Origin: Promethearchaeota archaeon
Lineage (GTDB): Archaea > Asgardarchaeota > Lokiarchaeia > Sigyniarchaeales > SOKP01
Reading direction: 5' to 3'
Assembly: GCA_048937405.1 (NCBI GenBank)
Contig: JBHLNF010000005.1
Location: 96,001-160,000, forward strand
Length of the DNA stretch: 64,000 nucleotides
Notes under the pieces: generated by a model
Told to the model about the DNA's origin: nothing
Seen by the model: the letters and a program-made list of their open reading frames with translations, nothing else
The model's database searches: none
Shown: positions 1 through 10,200 of the stretch, piece after piece
Numbering within the stretch: position 1 is the stretch's first letter
How the letters are laid out: each line of letters begins with the position of its first letter
Position numbers and translations under genes: made by a program

Positions 1-291
1 TCTTAATGTGAGTAAATCTTCTCTTTTTATTAATCCAAATCTAGATAAAACCGCATACAATGCAGGAACTGCATGTCCCTTACTTAAAATGAATTTATCT
101 CTTTCTTTCCATGTAGGATTTTTAGGATCTATTTTCATTATATTGTTATAAAGGAGATAGATTATATTAACACATGATAAAGAACCACCTAGATGACCTG
201 ATTGAGCATTGAATATCATTTTTAAAATATCTTTTTTAATATCCAGTATTTCAACTAAGAGTATCTGCTCCTCAGTTTTAGACAATTCCAT
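1..291 (-). CDS. Transketolase, N-terminal (TPP-binding) part; runs off the window edge
   Basis: Not in the ORF track. Hand translation from ATG at 291: MELSKTEEQ...NAQSGHLGGSLSC...DPKNPTWKERDKFILSKGHAVPALYA, matching the transketolase N-terminal motifs. Confidence 0.92.
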   Translation of the reverse strand, partial: MELSKTEEQILLVEILDIKKDILKMIFNAQSGHLGGSLSCVNIIYLLYNNIMKIDPKNPTWKERDKFILSKGHAVPALYAVLSRFGLIKREDLLTLR

Positions 292-312
292 ACTAATACA
301 ATAGTAGTTAAA

Positions 313-1311
313 TTATATGTTATTCATTTCAGTTTTTATATAATTATAAAGCTTTTTAGAATTATAAAATTCAACAGGAGAGAGGATTGATGAAAGCGAA
401 GCCGCAAATAAAGCTATTTTCACTCCATCAAGAACGGATGTTTCTGAAGCAAACGATAACCCTAATACTGCCATAATGACACTGCCTACAGCAACATAAC
501 TTGTGACATTTTGTTTTAAGATTGGATTAATTATCTCAACTTTTTCATTGTCGCGTGAAAAAAGAAAACTATCTAATTCTAAATAATTTAGTAGAAGATT
601 TTTACATTTTGAAGAATTTAAAATTCTTTTACCTGCAATAGTGATACTTGTCTCATTACAACAATCGATTGAAAATGTATCTAATGCTTTCTGGAGATTA
701 ATTTTAATCAATTCCACATTTTCATAAAGATAATAATTGAATTTTGTAGGACGAACAATTATAGGTATATCTTTATAATTTTCTTTTAAATCATGTAATA
801 AATTTTTTATAAATAAATCCTCAAATATTCCTTTTAAACCATAATCCAAAATTAAGATTGCCTTTACTTCCTTGGATCTGTTAATTATTAAATCTTTAAA
901 CTGTCTTATAATCGGTTGAGAGAATCCACCATTATAATCTGTTTCTAAACGCAATAGATGTTGATTCATTGCTTTTATTCGAGTTATTTGTGGTGTAACT
1001 ATATTTTCATTCACAAGAATGCCAGAAGAATCGATGTTTAACTCCTTAATCTTTTTAAGAAAAAAATCTCCTTCATAATCATTACCAATTACAGTACATA
1101 CTTCAGGAATTCCACCCAAAGATTGTATAAACTGTAATACTAATCCTGTTGCTCCAATATAAGCAATTTTACTCTCAATTTTTACATTAGGTACAGGTGC
1201 ATCTGGAGAGATTCTATCAGTATATCCTAAAATATATTTATCAATTAACGCATCTCCAATAATTAGGATTCTTTTACCTTTCCATTTAGAAACTTCTTCA
1301 TTAAGAGCCAT
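313..1311 (-). CDS. PfkB/ribokinase-fold protein of the HldE domain I (heptose-7-phosphate kinase) type; catalytic motif degenerate
   Basis: IIGDALIDKYILG...RISPDAPVP and RIKAMNQHLLRLE match the HldE kinase domain; ILDYG corresponds to SDYGKG. The GAGD motif reads AVGS. Confidence 0.8.
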   Translation of the reverse strand: MALNEEVSKWKGKRILIIGDALIDKYILGYTDRISPDAPVPNVKIESKIAYIGATGLVLQFIQSLGGIPEVCTVIGNDYEGDFFLKKIKELNIDSSGILVNENIVTPQITRIKAMNQHLLRLETDYNGGFSQPIIRQFKDLIINRSKEVKAILILDYGLKGIFEDLFIKNLLHDLKENYKDIPIIVRPTKFNYYLYENVELIKINLQKALDTFSIDCCNETSITIAGKRILNSSKCKNLLLNYLELDSFLFSRDNEKVEIINPILKQNVTSYVAVGSVIMAVLGLSFASETSVLDGVKIALFAASLSSILSPVEFYNSKKLYNYIKTEMNNI

Positions 1312-1320
1312 TATTTCAGA

Positions 1321-1977
1321 CTATTTCTTTAATTCAACTTGTAATTTTTCCCAATCTTTAAGAAAAGAATCTAATCCCTGATCAGTATTAGGATGCTTGA
1401 ACATTTTTTCAAGAACTCCAAAAGGGATTGTAGCGATATGAGCACCCATTTTTGCAGATTCAATTACATGTCTAGAATTTCTAATGGATGCAACAATTAG
1501 TTCGGATTTAAAATCATAGGCATTAAGAATTTCCATTGATTCCCTGAGCATATCAATTTCATTTTGACCATTATCCATTAATCTACCAATAAAGGGACTT
1601 ATATATGAAGCTCCAGCTTTAGCAGCAATCAATACTTGATTTTGTGAAAAAACAAGGGTTACATTTGTTTTTATCCCTTCGGATTCTAGTATCTTAACAG
1701 CTTTAATCCCATCTTTTGTAAAAGGTATTTTAACTATAATATTTGGTGCAATTTTGGCTAATTCACGAGCCTCTTTAACCATTTCATCCGTTGTTAATCC
1801 TATTACTTCTCCACTAATAGGTCCATCAACAAGTTCACAAATCTTCCTTAATTGTTCAACAGGATCGGCACCTTCTTTAGCTAGAAGAGTAGGATTTGTG
1901 GTAACTCCATCAATAATTCCTAATTTTTGCATTTCTTTTATTTGTTCTAAATTAGCGGTATCAATAAAAAATTTCAT
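1321..1977 (-). CDS. tal: Transaldolase (short TalC/FSA-family type)
   Basis: DTAN, GVTTNP, Schiff-base Lys in VKIP, NVTLVFS. Glu in ISGEV plus Phe in SPFIGR is the transaldolase rather than the FSA pattern. Confidence 0.93.
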   Translation of the reverse strand: MKFFIDTANLEQIKEMQKLGIIDGVTTNPTLLAKEGADPVEQLRKICELVDGPISGEVIGLTTDEMVKEARELAKIAPNIIVKIPFTKDGIKAVKILESEGIKTNVTLVFSQNQVLIAAKAGASYISPFIGRLMDNGQNEIDMLRESMEILNAYDFKSELIVASIRNSRHVIESAKMGAHIATIPFGVLEKMFKHPNTDQGLDSFLKDWEKLQVELKK

Positions 1978-2021
1978 AATGTTTCACGAGTCTATTATAG
2001 TGATAATAATATTAATTAACA

Positions 2022-2564
2022 TTATATATTTATAGCAAATTCTTTCAAATTTTTAAATATCATATCTGGGACTATAGTCCCTATTTTTTTTTGTTCCTTT
2101 AATCCATATCCTGTTAAGACTAAAACGGTTCTGCACTGTGCTGCTGTACCAGTTTGGATATCATTTAAAGTGTCACCAACCATATAAGAGTTAGTTAAGT
2201 CAATGTTATATTGTAATTGCGCTTTTAGAATCATTCCTGGACTTGGTTTTCTACAATTACATAAACCTGTGAAATCGGGGTGGTGAGGACAATAATAAAT
2301 ATCATCTAATTCTATGTGATTTTTCTTTAATATTCCATTCATTTTATTATGAATTGCTGAAAGAGCTTCTTCCGTAAAAAAACCCCTTGCTATTCCTGCT
2401 TGATTAGTAATAATAATCAGCAAGTATCCTTTTTGTTTGAGAATTCTTAAAGCTTCGATTGAACCTTCAATAAATATAAAATCTCTTGGATCTGAAAGAT
2501 AACTAACTTCTTTATTTATAACACCATCTCTATCTAAGAAGATTGCGATATTGCGGTTAGTCAT
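2022..2564 (-). CDS. gmhB: D-glycero-D-manno-heptose 1,7-bisphosphate phosphatase (HAD family)
   Basis: FLDRDGVIN, ITNQAGIARG, Zn motif CPHHP...CNCRKPSPGM, MVGD; clustered with gmhA. Confidence 0.93.
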   Translation of the reverse strand: MTNRNIAIFLDRDGVINKEVSYLSDPRDFIFIEGSIEALRILKQKGYLLIIITNQAGIARGFFTEEALSAIHNKMNGILKKNHIELDDIYYCPHHPDFTGLCNCRKPSPGMILKAQLQYNIDLTNSYMVGDTLNDIQTGTAAQCRTVLVLTGYGLKEQKKIGTIVPDMIFKNLKEFAINI

Positions 2565-3192
2565 GAAGATCAGATTCTTTTAGTAATTTAATCATTTTGT
2601 TTGAGTTTTTAGCTTTTAATATAGTACTAGAGCTAGATAAAATATCTGTATTTTTTAATAACTTTGCATTTGTTAGATTAATTCCACCATCTACATCAAT
2701 CATAAAATTATAATTTTTTTTAAATTCTGCTAATTTATTTACTTTTTGTATGCTATTTGTTATGAATTTTTGACCTGCCCAACCTGGGTTAACACACATT
2801 ATTAAGATAAGATCAATTTTATCTAGAAATGATAAAATTTCAGAAATTTGAGTTTCTGGATTTATAGCAAAACCAACTTTTTTATTTTTTTTTTTAATTA
2901 ATTCTATTAGTTTGTGTTTATCATTGTTAATCTCAAAATGAAATAAAAAAATATCTATAAAGTTAACAATTTTTTCAATATAATCAAGTGGATTCATAAC
3001 CATTAAATGTGCAATTATAGGAATATCATAAGTTTCTTTTAAGGTTTTAAAAACATTCAGATTATTATTTGTATTATTTACAAATTTACCATCCATTACA
3101 TCTACATGAATGTAATCATATCCTTCTAAACCCTTTAAGATATCAGGGGAAAAGTTTTTAGTTGCATGTATAGAGATTGCAATTTTTTTCAT
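2557..3192 (-). CDS. rpe: Ribulose-phosphate 3-epimerase
   Basis: IHVDVMDGKFV, AHLMV, AINPET, MCVNPGWAGQKF, VDGGIN. Confidence 0.92.
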   Translation of the reverse strand: MKKIAISIHATKNFSPDILKGLEGYDYIHVDVMDGKFVNNTNNNLNVFKTLKETYDIPIIAHLMVMNPLDYIEKIVNFIDIFLFHFEINNDKHKLIELIKKKNKKVGFAINPETQISEILSFLDKIDLILIMCVNPGWAGQKFITNSIQKVNKLAEFKKNYNFMIDVDGGINLTNAKLLKNTDILSSSSTILKAKNSNKMIKLLKESDLHD

Positions 3193-3202
3193 GGATTACC
3201 AA

Positions 3203-3769
3203 TTACTCAAAAAGTTCCTTTTCAACTAAATAACAGATAATATGTCCAACGGTTATATGTCCTTCTTGAATCCTTGGAGTATTAGTTGAAGGTATTTTTA
3301 AACAAATATCTGTAATTTCCTCGATTTTATTATATTTGCTACCTGTAAAACCCACTGTTGTAGCACCTTTTTCCTTAGCTTTTTTTAATCCTTTTATTAC
3401 ATTAGGTGAATTTCCAGATGTACTAATACCTATAACAACATCTCCTTTTTCTACAAATGATGAAACTTGTCTTTCAAACACAAATTCAAAACCAAAATCG
3501 TTAGCTGTAGCAGTAAGAGTAGATGTGTTGGTGTGAAGAGCAAGAGCAGGAAGAGATTCACGATCTTTATAGAATTTTCCAACAAATTCAGTTGCTATAT
3601 GCTGTGCATCTGCCGCACTTCCACCATTACCAAAAAGAACCACTTTTTTTTTATTCTTGTAAGCATCTATAATTTTATGAGAAATATCTGCAATTATTGG
3701 TGATAATTTTTTAATTTCCTCTGTTATATTGTTATTTTCGTTTAAGATTGATATAATTTCGTTTTCCAT
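3203..3769 (-). CDS. gmhA: Sedoheptulose-7-phosphate isomerase (phosphoheptose isomerase)
   Basis: FGNGGSAADAQH, TATANDFGF...FERQV, GISTSGNSPNV, TPRIQEGH. Confidence 0.95.
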   Translation of the reverse strand: MENEIISILNENNNITEEIKKLSPIIADISHKIIDAYKNKKKVVLFGNGGSAADAQHIATEFVGKFYKDRESLPALALHTNTSTLTATANDFGFEFVFERQVSSFVEKGDVVIGISTSGNSPNVIKGLKKAKEKGATTVGFTGSKYNKIEEITDICLKIPSTNTPRIQEGHITVGHIICYLVEKELFE

Positions 3770-3800
3770 CTTATCATCACCTTTATTAAATTATTCACAT

Positions 3801-4811
3801 TTAATTAATTTCCCATACTTCAAGACCATTAGGATTGAAATGAAAATTAACAATTTTTCCTCCTATTTTTTCTAACTCTTGAATTACTTTAAATTTTTGA
3901 TTAGGATCTGAAAATAGTAATAAGTGGCCTCCACCTCCAGCACCCAATAACTTTCCACCAAGAACACCAAATTTTCTTGAAGTTAAATAGAAATTTTCAA
4001 TATCTTTATTTGATATTTTACTACTTAAGCTTTTTTTTGCAATCCACCCCTTATGCAAGAGATCTCCGAATTCATTAATTTTATTTAAATTATTAGATTC
4101 CACAATATCTCTCATAGAATGGGCAACATATTTTAAATCCTGCATAGCTTCCACGAAGGATTTCTTTTCAATTTCATATCCTTTTAATACTTCATCCTGA
4201 ATATCAGAAGAAAAATGAGAGCCTCCAATATAACATAATATTAAGCAAAACTGAAGTTCATTTAGCATTTCAGCACTTATATCAATCGGGATTACTTTAA
4301 CAGTATCCGAAAATTCAATAAAATTAAGACCACCATAAGCAGCGGCAAATTGATCTTGATATCCTCCTTTTTGCTTTAATTCGATTCGTTCAATATCATA
4401 TGCCTTTTGTGCAATTTCATGTTTTGAAAATCCTTTATTATAATATCTATTTAGGGCGCCAATTAAAGCAACAGACAAAGAAGAAGATCCCCCCATTCCA
4501 GAGCCCGCAGGTAGTTCTGAGAATATAAAAATATCTAATCCATCATCTACATTTAAAACATTTATAATTCCTTTAAATAATTCAAAATCAGTTGAGTAAT
4601 CTTTATCCCCAATTTCAAATATGTATTCTTTTCTAAGATTTAGAGAATAAATTCGAATTTTTTTATCTTTCCTAGGCTTTAAAGTTATATAAATATGACG
4701 ATCAATTGTAGTACTTATAACACATCCTCCATGTTCAATGCAATATGGAGCCATATCTGTTCCTCCTCCTCCAAAACTTATTCGAAATGGAGCTTTTGAA
4801 CGAATGATCAT
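3801..4811 (-). CDS. hddA: GHMP kinase, D-glycero-alpha-D-manno-heptose-7-phosphate kinase type
   Basis: APFRISFGGGGTD, LPAGSGMGGSS, GGYQDQFAAAYGG, GKLLGAGGGG. Start placed at ATG 4811 (the track uses TTG 4829). Confidence 0.88.
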   Translation of the reverse strand: MIIRSKAPFRISFGGGGTDMAPYCIEHGGCVISTTIDRHIYITLKPRKDKKIRIYSLNLRKEYIFEIGDKDYSTDFELFKGIINVLNVDDGLDIFIFSELPAGSGMGGSSSLSVALIGALNRYYNKGFSKHEIAQKAYDIERIELKQKGGYQDQFAAAYGGLNFIEFSDTVKVIPIDISAEMLNELQFCLILCYIGGSHFSSDIQDEVLKGYEIEKKSFVEAMQDLKYVAHSMRDIVESNNLNKINEFGDLLHKGWIAKKSLSSKISNKDIENFYLTSRKFGVLGGKLLGAGGGGHLLLFSDPNQKFKVIQELEKIGGKIVNFHFNPNGLEVWEIN

Positions 4812-5037
4812 AATAATAGTGTAATTCAATAATTTATGTAATTATCAAATAACTTCATTTTAAATCATTAAAAAATTTGTTTGTTATACAATTTTTTAAC
4901 TTTTTATTAAAGAATTTTTAAGGTTTCATGCTAAGAGTCTGTAAGAAATATTAATTTTATTAAGTTATGATATTCTTTAATTTAAATAATTCCTTATGAA
5001 CTATTAAAATAATCATATTGAGATTTATTATCTTCTT

Positions 5038-6171
5038 ATGTTAAAAAAGGTATTAATTACGGGAGGAGCAGGATTCATTGGATCTCATTTAGCGGATAAA
5101 TTGATTGAACAAAAGAATTATGAAGTATCTATTCTTGATATTTTGGATGAACAAGTTCATGGAAAGACAAATAATCCCCCAGATTATTTAAATAAAAAAG
5201 TAAAATTTATCAAAAATTCTGTTACAAATTATAAAAAATTAGAGGAATTAATAAAACAAAATGAGGTTATTTTCCATTTAGCTGCTAAAGTTGGCGTTGG
5301 ACAATCAATGTATCAAATTGAAAAATATGTAAATAATAATATTCTTGGTTTGGCAAATTTGCTTGATATTTTAGTCAATAGCGAACATAACGTTAAAAAA
5401 TTAGTAATAGCATCATCAAATACCGTATATGGAGAAGGAAAATCTCAATGTAATAAATGTGGGGTAATTATTCCAAATCTAAGATCTATAGAACAATTAA
5501 AAAAAAAAGATTGGGAGTTATATTGTCCAAAGTGTAGATCTAAGGTCAAACCTCTTTTAACTGATGAAAAGTCAAGATTAAATCCAAGTTCAATATATGC
5601 TTTTTCAAAACAAGCACAAGAAAAAATGGGGCTATTAATTGGTAATACATATGGAATTAATACAACAGTATTAAGATTTTTTCTAGTTTATGGTATGAGA
5701 CAATCATTATCAAATCCATATACAGGAGTATGTGCTATTTTTAGTATTAGGGCACTTTACGGAAAACCCCCAATTGTTTATGAAGATGGTGAACAATCAA
5801 GAGATTTTGTTAATGTAAGTGATGTATGTCAAGCTTTAATTCTTGCTATGGAAAAAGAGGCCGCAAATGGAGAAGTCTTCAACGTTGGTACCGGAGTCCC
5901 TATAACTATTAAGGAAGTAGCAGAAACTATTATTCAAAAAGTAGATCCGAAATTAAGACCTATTTATAATCAACAATACAGGATTGGAGATATAAGACAT
6001 TGTTCAGCTGATATTTCAAAAATAAAAAACAAATTAGGTTATTTACCAAAATTATCATTTAAAGAAGGAATAGATGAATTGATAGATTGGATAAAATCAC
6101 AAAAAGATGATGTTCAAAAACCCTCTCAAAAAGCTATAGAAGAATTAAAAGAAAAAGGATTATTACAATAA
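5038..6171 (+). CDS. NAD-dependent nucleotide-sugar epimerase/dehydratase (extended SDR) with a CxxC...CxxC insert
   Basis: TGGAGFIGSH, YxxxK (YAFSK), RDFVNV, FNVGTG; CNKC and CPKC inserted after the catalytic Ser region. Confidence 0.88.
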   Translation: MLKKVLITGGAGFIGSHLADKLIEQKNYEVSILDILDEQVHGKTNNPPDYLNKKVKFIKNSVTNYKKLEELIKQNEVIFHLAAKVGVGQSMYQIEKYVNNNILGLANLLDILVNSEHNVKKLVIASSNTVYGEGKSQCNKCGVIIPNLRSIEQLKKKDWELYCPKCRSKVKPLLTDEKSRLNPSSIYAFSKQAQEKMGLLIGNTYGINTTVLRFFLVYGMRQSLSNPYTGVCAIFSIRALYGKPPIVYEDGEQSRDFVNVSDVCQALILAMEKEAANGEVFNVGTGVPITIKEVAETIIQKVDPKLRPIYNQQYRIGDIRHCSADISKIKNKLGYLPKLSFKEGIDELIDWIKSQKDDVQKPSQKAIEELKEKGLLQ

Positions 6172-6192
6172 ACATCATAATAGATAATTTAT

Positions 6193-7248
6193 TTGTGGTT
6201 TCAAGTGAAAAAGATACTTATAACAGGAGCAAATGGTTTTCTAGGCTCTCATCTAACTGATTTTTATATTATGAAAGGTAATAAAGTATATGGAATTGAT
6301 CTTCCTAATTGTAATTTACATAATTTATCTCATTTTACAAATGAAAAAGTCCAATTTTTTCCCAAAGAAAAAGTAAATTTTTTGGGTAATTCAATTCAGA
6401 TTCCAACCTCAAATGAAAATTTTACATTTTTAGAATGTGATTTAAATAATAGCAATTTATTAGAAAGAATAATTAAAGAAACTGAGCCAAATTATTTATT
6501 TCATTTCGGTGCGCAACCACTTGTTATACCATCTTGGGAAGATCCCGTAGGAACTATAAAAACTAATGTTATTGGAACAATAAATATATTTGAAATTATT
6601 AAAAAATACAAAATGAATACAAGAGTAATCACAGCTTGTACTAGTGCGGAATATGGAACAACAACATCACTAAATAGGCCATTAAAGGAATCAGATCCAT
6701 TAATGGCTATTCATCCTTATGGAATTAGTAAAGTTGCGTCTGAATTACTTTCTAGACAATATTATATAAATTTTGGAATTGAAGCAATAAATATCAGATT
6801 TTTTAATCAAACAGGTCCTAGAAAAAAGGGAGATGCATGTGCGGATTTTACTAGTAAAGTTGCTAAAATTGAATGTAATAAGTCCCCTCCCATAATTGAA
6901 GTTGGGAATCTAAATCCGTATCGAGATTTTACAGGAATAAAAGATTCACTTAAAGCTATATGGTTAGTGGCTACAAAAGGAACACCAGGAGAAACATATA
7001 ATGTATGTTCTAACAAAAAGATTCAAATTAGGCAACTTTTGAATATTACTTTAAGTTTTTCATCAAAGAAAATAGAAGTACGAGAGAATTCTCCTCAAAA
7101 ATTAAGAAGAACAGATGAAGATATTATTCTTGGAGATAATTCAAAAATAAAAAGAGAGTTAGGGTGGGATGTTTCTATTCCTATTGAGGACACTCTAAAG
7201 GATATGTATAACTATTGGTTAGAATATTATTCAAAAAGTAAGGATTAG
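6193..7248 (+). CDS. GDP-sugar 4,6-dehydratase / 4-reductase family SDR (Gmd/Rmd-like)
   Basis: ITGANGFLGSHL, HFGAQP...SWEDP, YGISK, RFFNQTGPR, VGNL..YRDF, LRRTD. The true start may be GTG 6205. Confidence 0.82.
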   Translation: MWFQVKKILITGANGFLGSHLTDFYIMKGNKVYGIDLPNCNLHNLSHFTNEKVQFFPKEKVNFLGNSIQIPTSNENFTFLECDLNNSNLLERIIKETEPNYLFHFGAQPLVIPSWEDPVGTIKTNVIGTINIFEIIKKYKMNTRVITACTSAEYGTTTSLNRPLKESDPLMAIHPYGISKVASELLSRQYYINFGIEAINIRFFNQTGPRKKGDACADFTSKVAKIECNKSPPIIEVGNLNPYRDFTGIKDSLKAIWLVATKGTPGETYNVCSNKKIQIRQLLNITLSFSSKKIEVRENSPQKLRRTDEDIILGDNSKIKRELGWDVSIPIEDTLKDMYNYWLEYYSKSKD

Positions 7249-7288
7249 GATTCTAACGAAAAAATAAAATTATAATAAATAAAATATG

Positions 7289-10200
7289 CTATTTTTTGTT
7301 AAAACTAAATGAAATTACTTTAATTTCATTTTCATTTAAGTTAGAAACGCAATGTGGACATTTTACATCTGTTTTTTTCTTTAATTTTGAAATTACATTA
7401 TCTTTTAAAGCTGCAGAACACTTTTTATTTGGACAAATGTTTAATTTTCCATAAATTTTACCTTTTTCTTCTGAAAGGTCCTTATAACTGATTTCAAGGT
7501 TATCAATATTTATCTTATCTATAATGATATTTTTGTATAATTCAAGAAAATTCTTTAAATACTCCGATTTTGTTCCAATCTTCAGTGATATCTTTTCTTC
7601 TATTTTAAATCCATTTTTTTTACGAATAAATTGAATATTTCTAAGTAAATCATTAATTACTCTTTCAGCTAATAATTCATCATCAACAGACTTATCTAAA
7701 TAAACATTAAAATACTTTGATTCCGCTTTAATTAAATTTTCCGATGCTTTTACAGATTGTACAATTTCTAATTCTTTTACATTTCCAACTTTTTTAATAA
7801 TCTCAGGAAATTCTATTTTTGGCATATCTTTTTTAGTCTCAATAATAATCTTTTTATTCGGCCATCTTAATCTTATTCTATTTTCATCTTTAATAGCTCT
7901 AATTATTTCAATTAATTCACGTGTAAAATGCATTTGGTCTTCTAAATCTAAATGAATCATTGTCTCATCATAAACAGGCCAATTTTGTAAATGTATACTT
8001 TTTGTTTCTTCAAAACCTATTGATTTTAAATTTGATTTAAACATTTTAAGGAAAATCTCTTCACTAATCATCGGATTAATAGGTGCCAATAGCAATACAA
8101 CTTTATAGAGGATTTGGTAGAGAACAGCCATAATCTGAAGCTTATTAGGATCTTCAGAATAAACATCAAGCTTCTCTCTATTTAACATTATGTACCACCT
8201 GCTTATATCATTTACAATAAAATCTCTGATTTCACCTGTTATCCACGGAAGTTGATATTCATCTGACAATTCTGTGATTTTTTTAATTGTAGAATTTAAT
8301 CTTGAAATTATCCAATTATCTAATTTACTTATCTTTTTTATGTCATATTTAACCTTCGAAGGATCAAATCCTCCTAAATTAAATTTTTCGTTTGCATATA
8401 CATAAACATTCCAAATTGTATTTAATATTTTATAAGTATCAGTATATTCCTTTAGATTGAAATTGAAATCTCGACCTGGTTGAGTAACACCTAAACAGTA
8501 GAATCTAAATGTTTCAGCGCCTTTAATGTTTGATAATGATTTATTTTGTTTTAATTCTATGACATTACCATCAATAAGATCTTCAGGATTTATAGCTGTA
8601 CCTTTTGATTTGCTCATTTTAGCCTTTTCCATTAATACCCATCCATGCATGTAGCAGGCATTATAATTCTTGCGACCTGATGATACCATTGCACTATTTA
8701 ATAAGCTATTAAACCATCCTCTAATCTGATCTTTTCCTTCTAATATAAAATCTGCTGGAACCCACGTATCATAATGACTTTTACCATCATAAATTTCTTG
8801 AGCGGCCCACATTACTGAACCAGAATCCAGCCACACATCTAAAATATCAGGTATCCTTTTCTTTGTACCTTTATTACAATCTCTACATTTCCATGTAACT
8901 TGATCAATCCAAGGTCTATGCAAATCTTCAGGACATTCCCCCGCAATTTCTTTTAATTCATCTGCAGAACCTATTACTGTAATATTTCCACATTTTTCAT
9001 TATCACAAATCCATACACTCAACGGAATACCCCAAAAACGTTGTCTTGAAATACACCAGTCCTTTAACGTATTTAACCAACTTTTAAACCATCTATTACC
9101 CGCCCAATCAGGAATCCAATATATCTCTTCATTTTCTTTTAATAATTTGGGAATTAAACTTTCAGTTTTAAAAAACCATTGATTAGTAGCTCTATATACA
9201 AGTTTAGAATCACACCTCCAACAGTGAGCATATTCATGTTCAATTTCACTAGTCAATATGAGTGTACCTTTTTTTTCTAATAAATTCAATATTTCTTGAT
9301 TGGCATCAAAGACAAACTGTCCTTCGAATTTTCCCGCCTCTTTTTTATAAATACCTCTAATATTAACAGGATTGAAAATAGGTATATTATTTGCTACACC
9401 AACTTCAAAATCTTCAGGTCCATGTCCAGGTGCAGTATGTACTAATCCAACACCCTCTGATACGGACACATATTCTTCAGACAGGATTATTGAATGGACT
9501 TTTTCACTCTGTTTTGCTAATTCAAGTTGATAGGGAACTTCTTCTAGTAATGGATGTATATACTTTTTTCCTTCTAATTCTTCACCAATATAGTCTTCTA
9601 CAATTTTGTATTTATATCCTAGTTGTCCTGAAATTAGATGTGTAATTGAATTTTTTGAAAGTATCCAAAATTCTTTTAAATCTTCAATATATACCTTAGC
9701 ATACTCCGCAATCGGATTGACCATTATAGCAGAATTTGCAACTAATGTCCAAGGAGTAGTAGTCCAAATTATGAAATATGTGTCATCAATATCGACTGAT
9801 TTAATTTTTAAGAATAAACTAGTATCCTTTATGTTTTTATATTCATGTTCATGTTTGGCTAAAGCAGTGGCACACCGAGGACAACAATTTAAAGGTCTAT
9901 AAAATTGATAGAGTAATTTATTTTCCCAAGCTTTTTTCAAAGTCCACCAAATTCCCTCAACATAGCTATTTTTAAATGTAATATAAGGTTTTTCCCAATC
10001 CCAAAAAAAACAACCTAATCTTTTAAATTGGTCATTCATAATTGCGAGGTTTTTCAAAGCGAATTCTTTACAATTCTTAATGAATTTATCCATACCGTAT
10101 TCTTGAATCTCTTGCTTATTTTTAATACCTAATTCCTTTTCCATTTGAACTTCAATTGGTAATCCATGAGTGTCATATCCCGGAGTGTCTGATACTTTAA

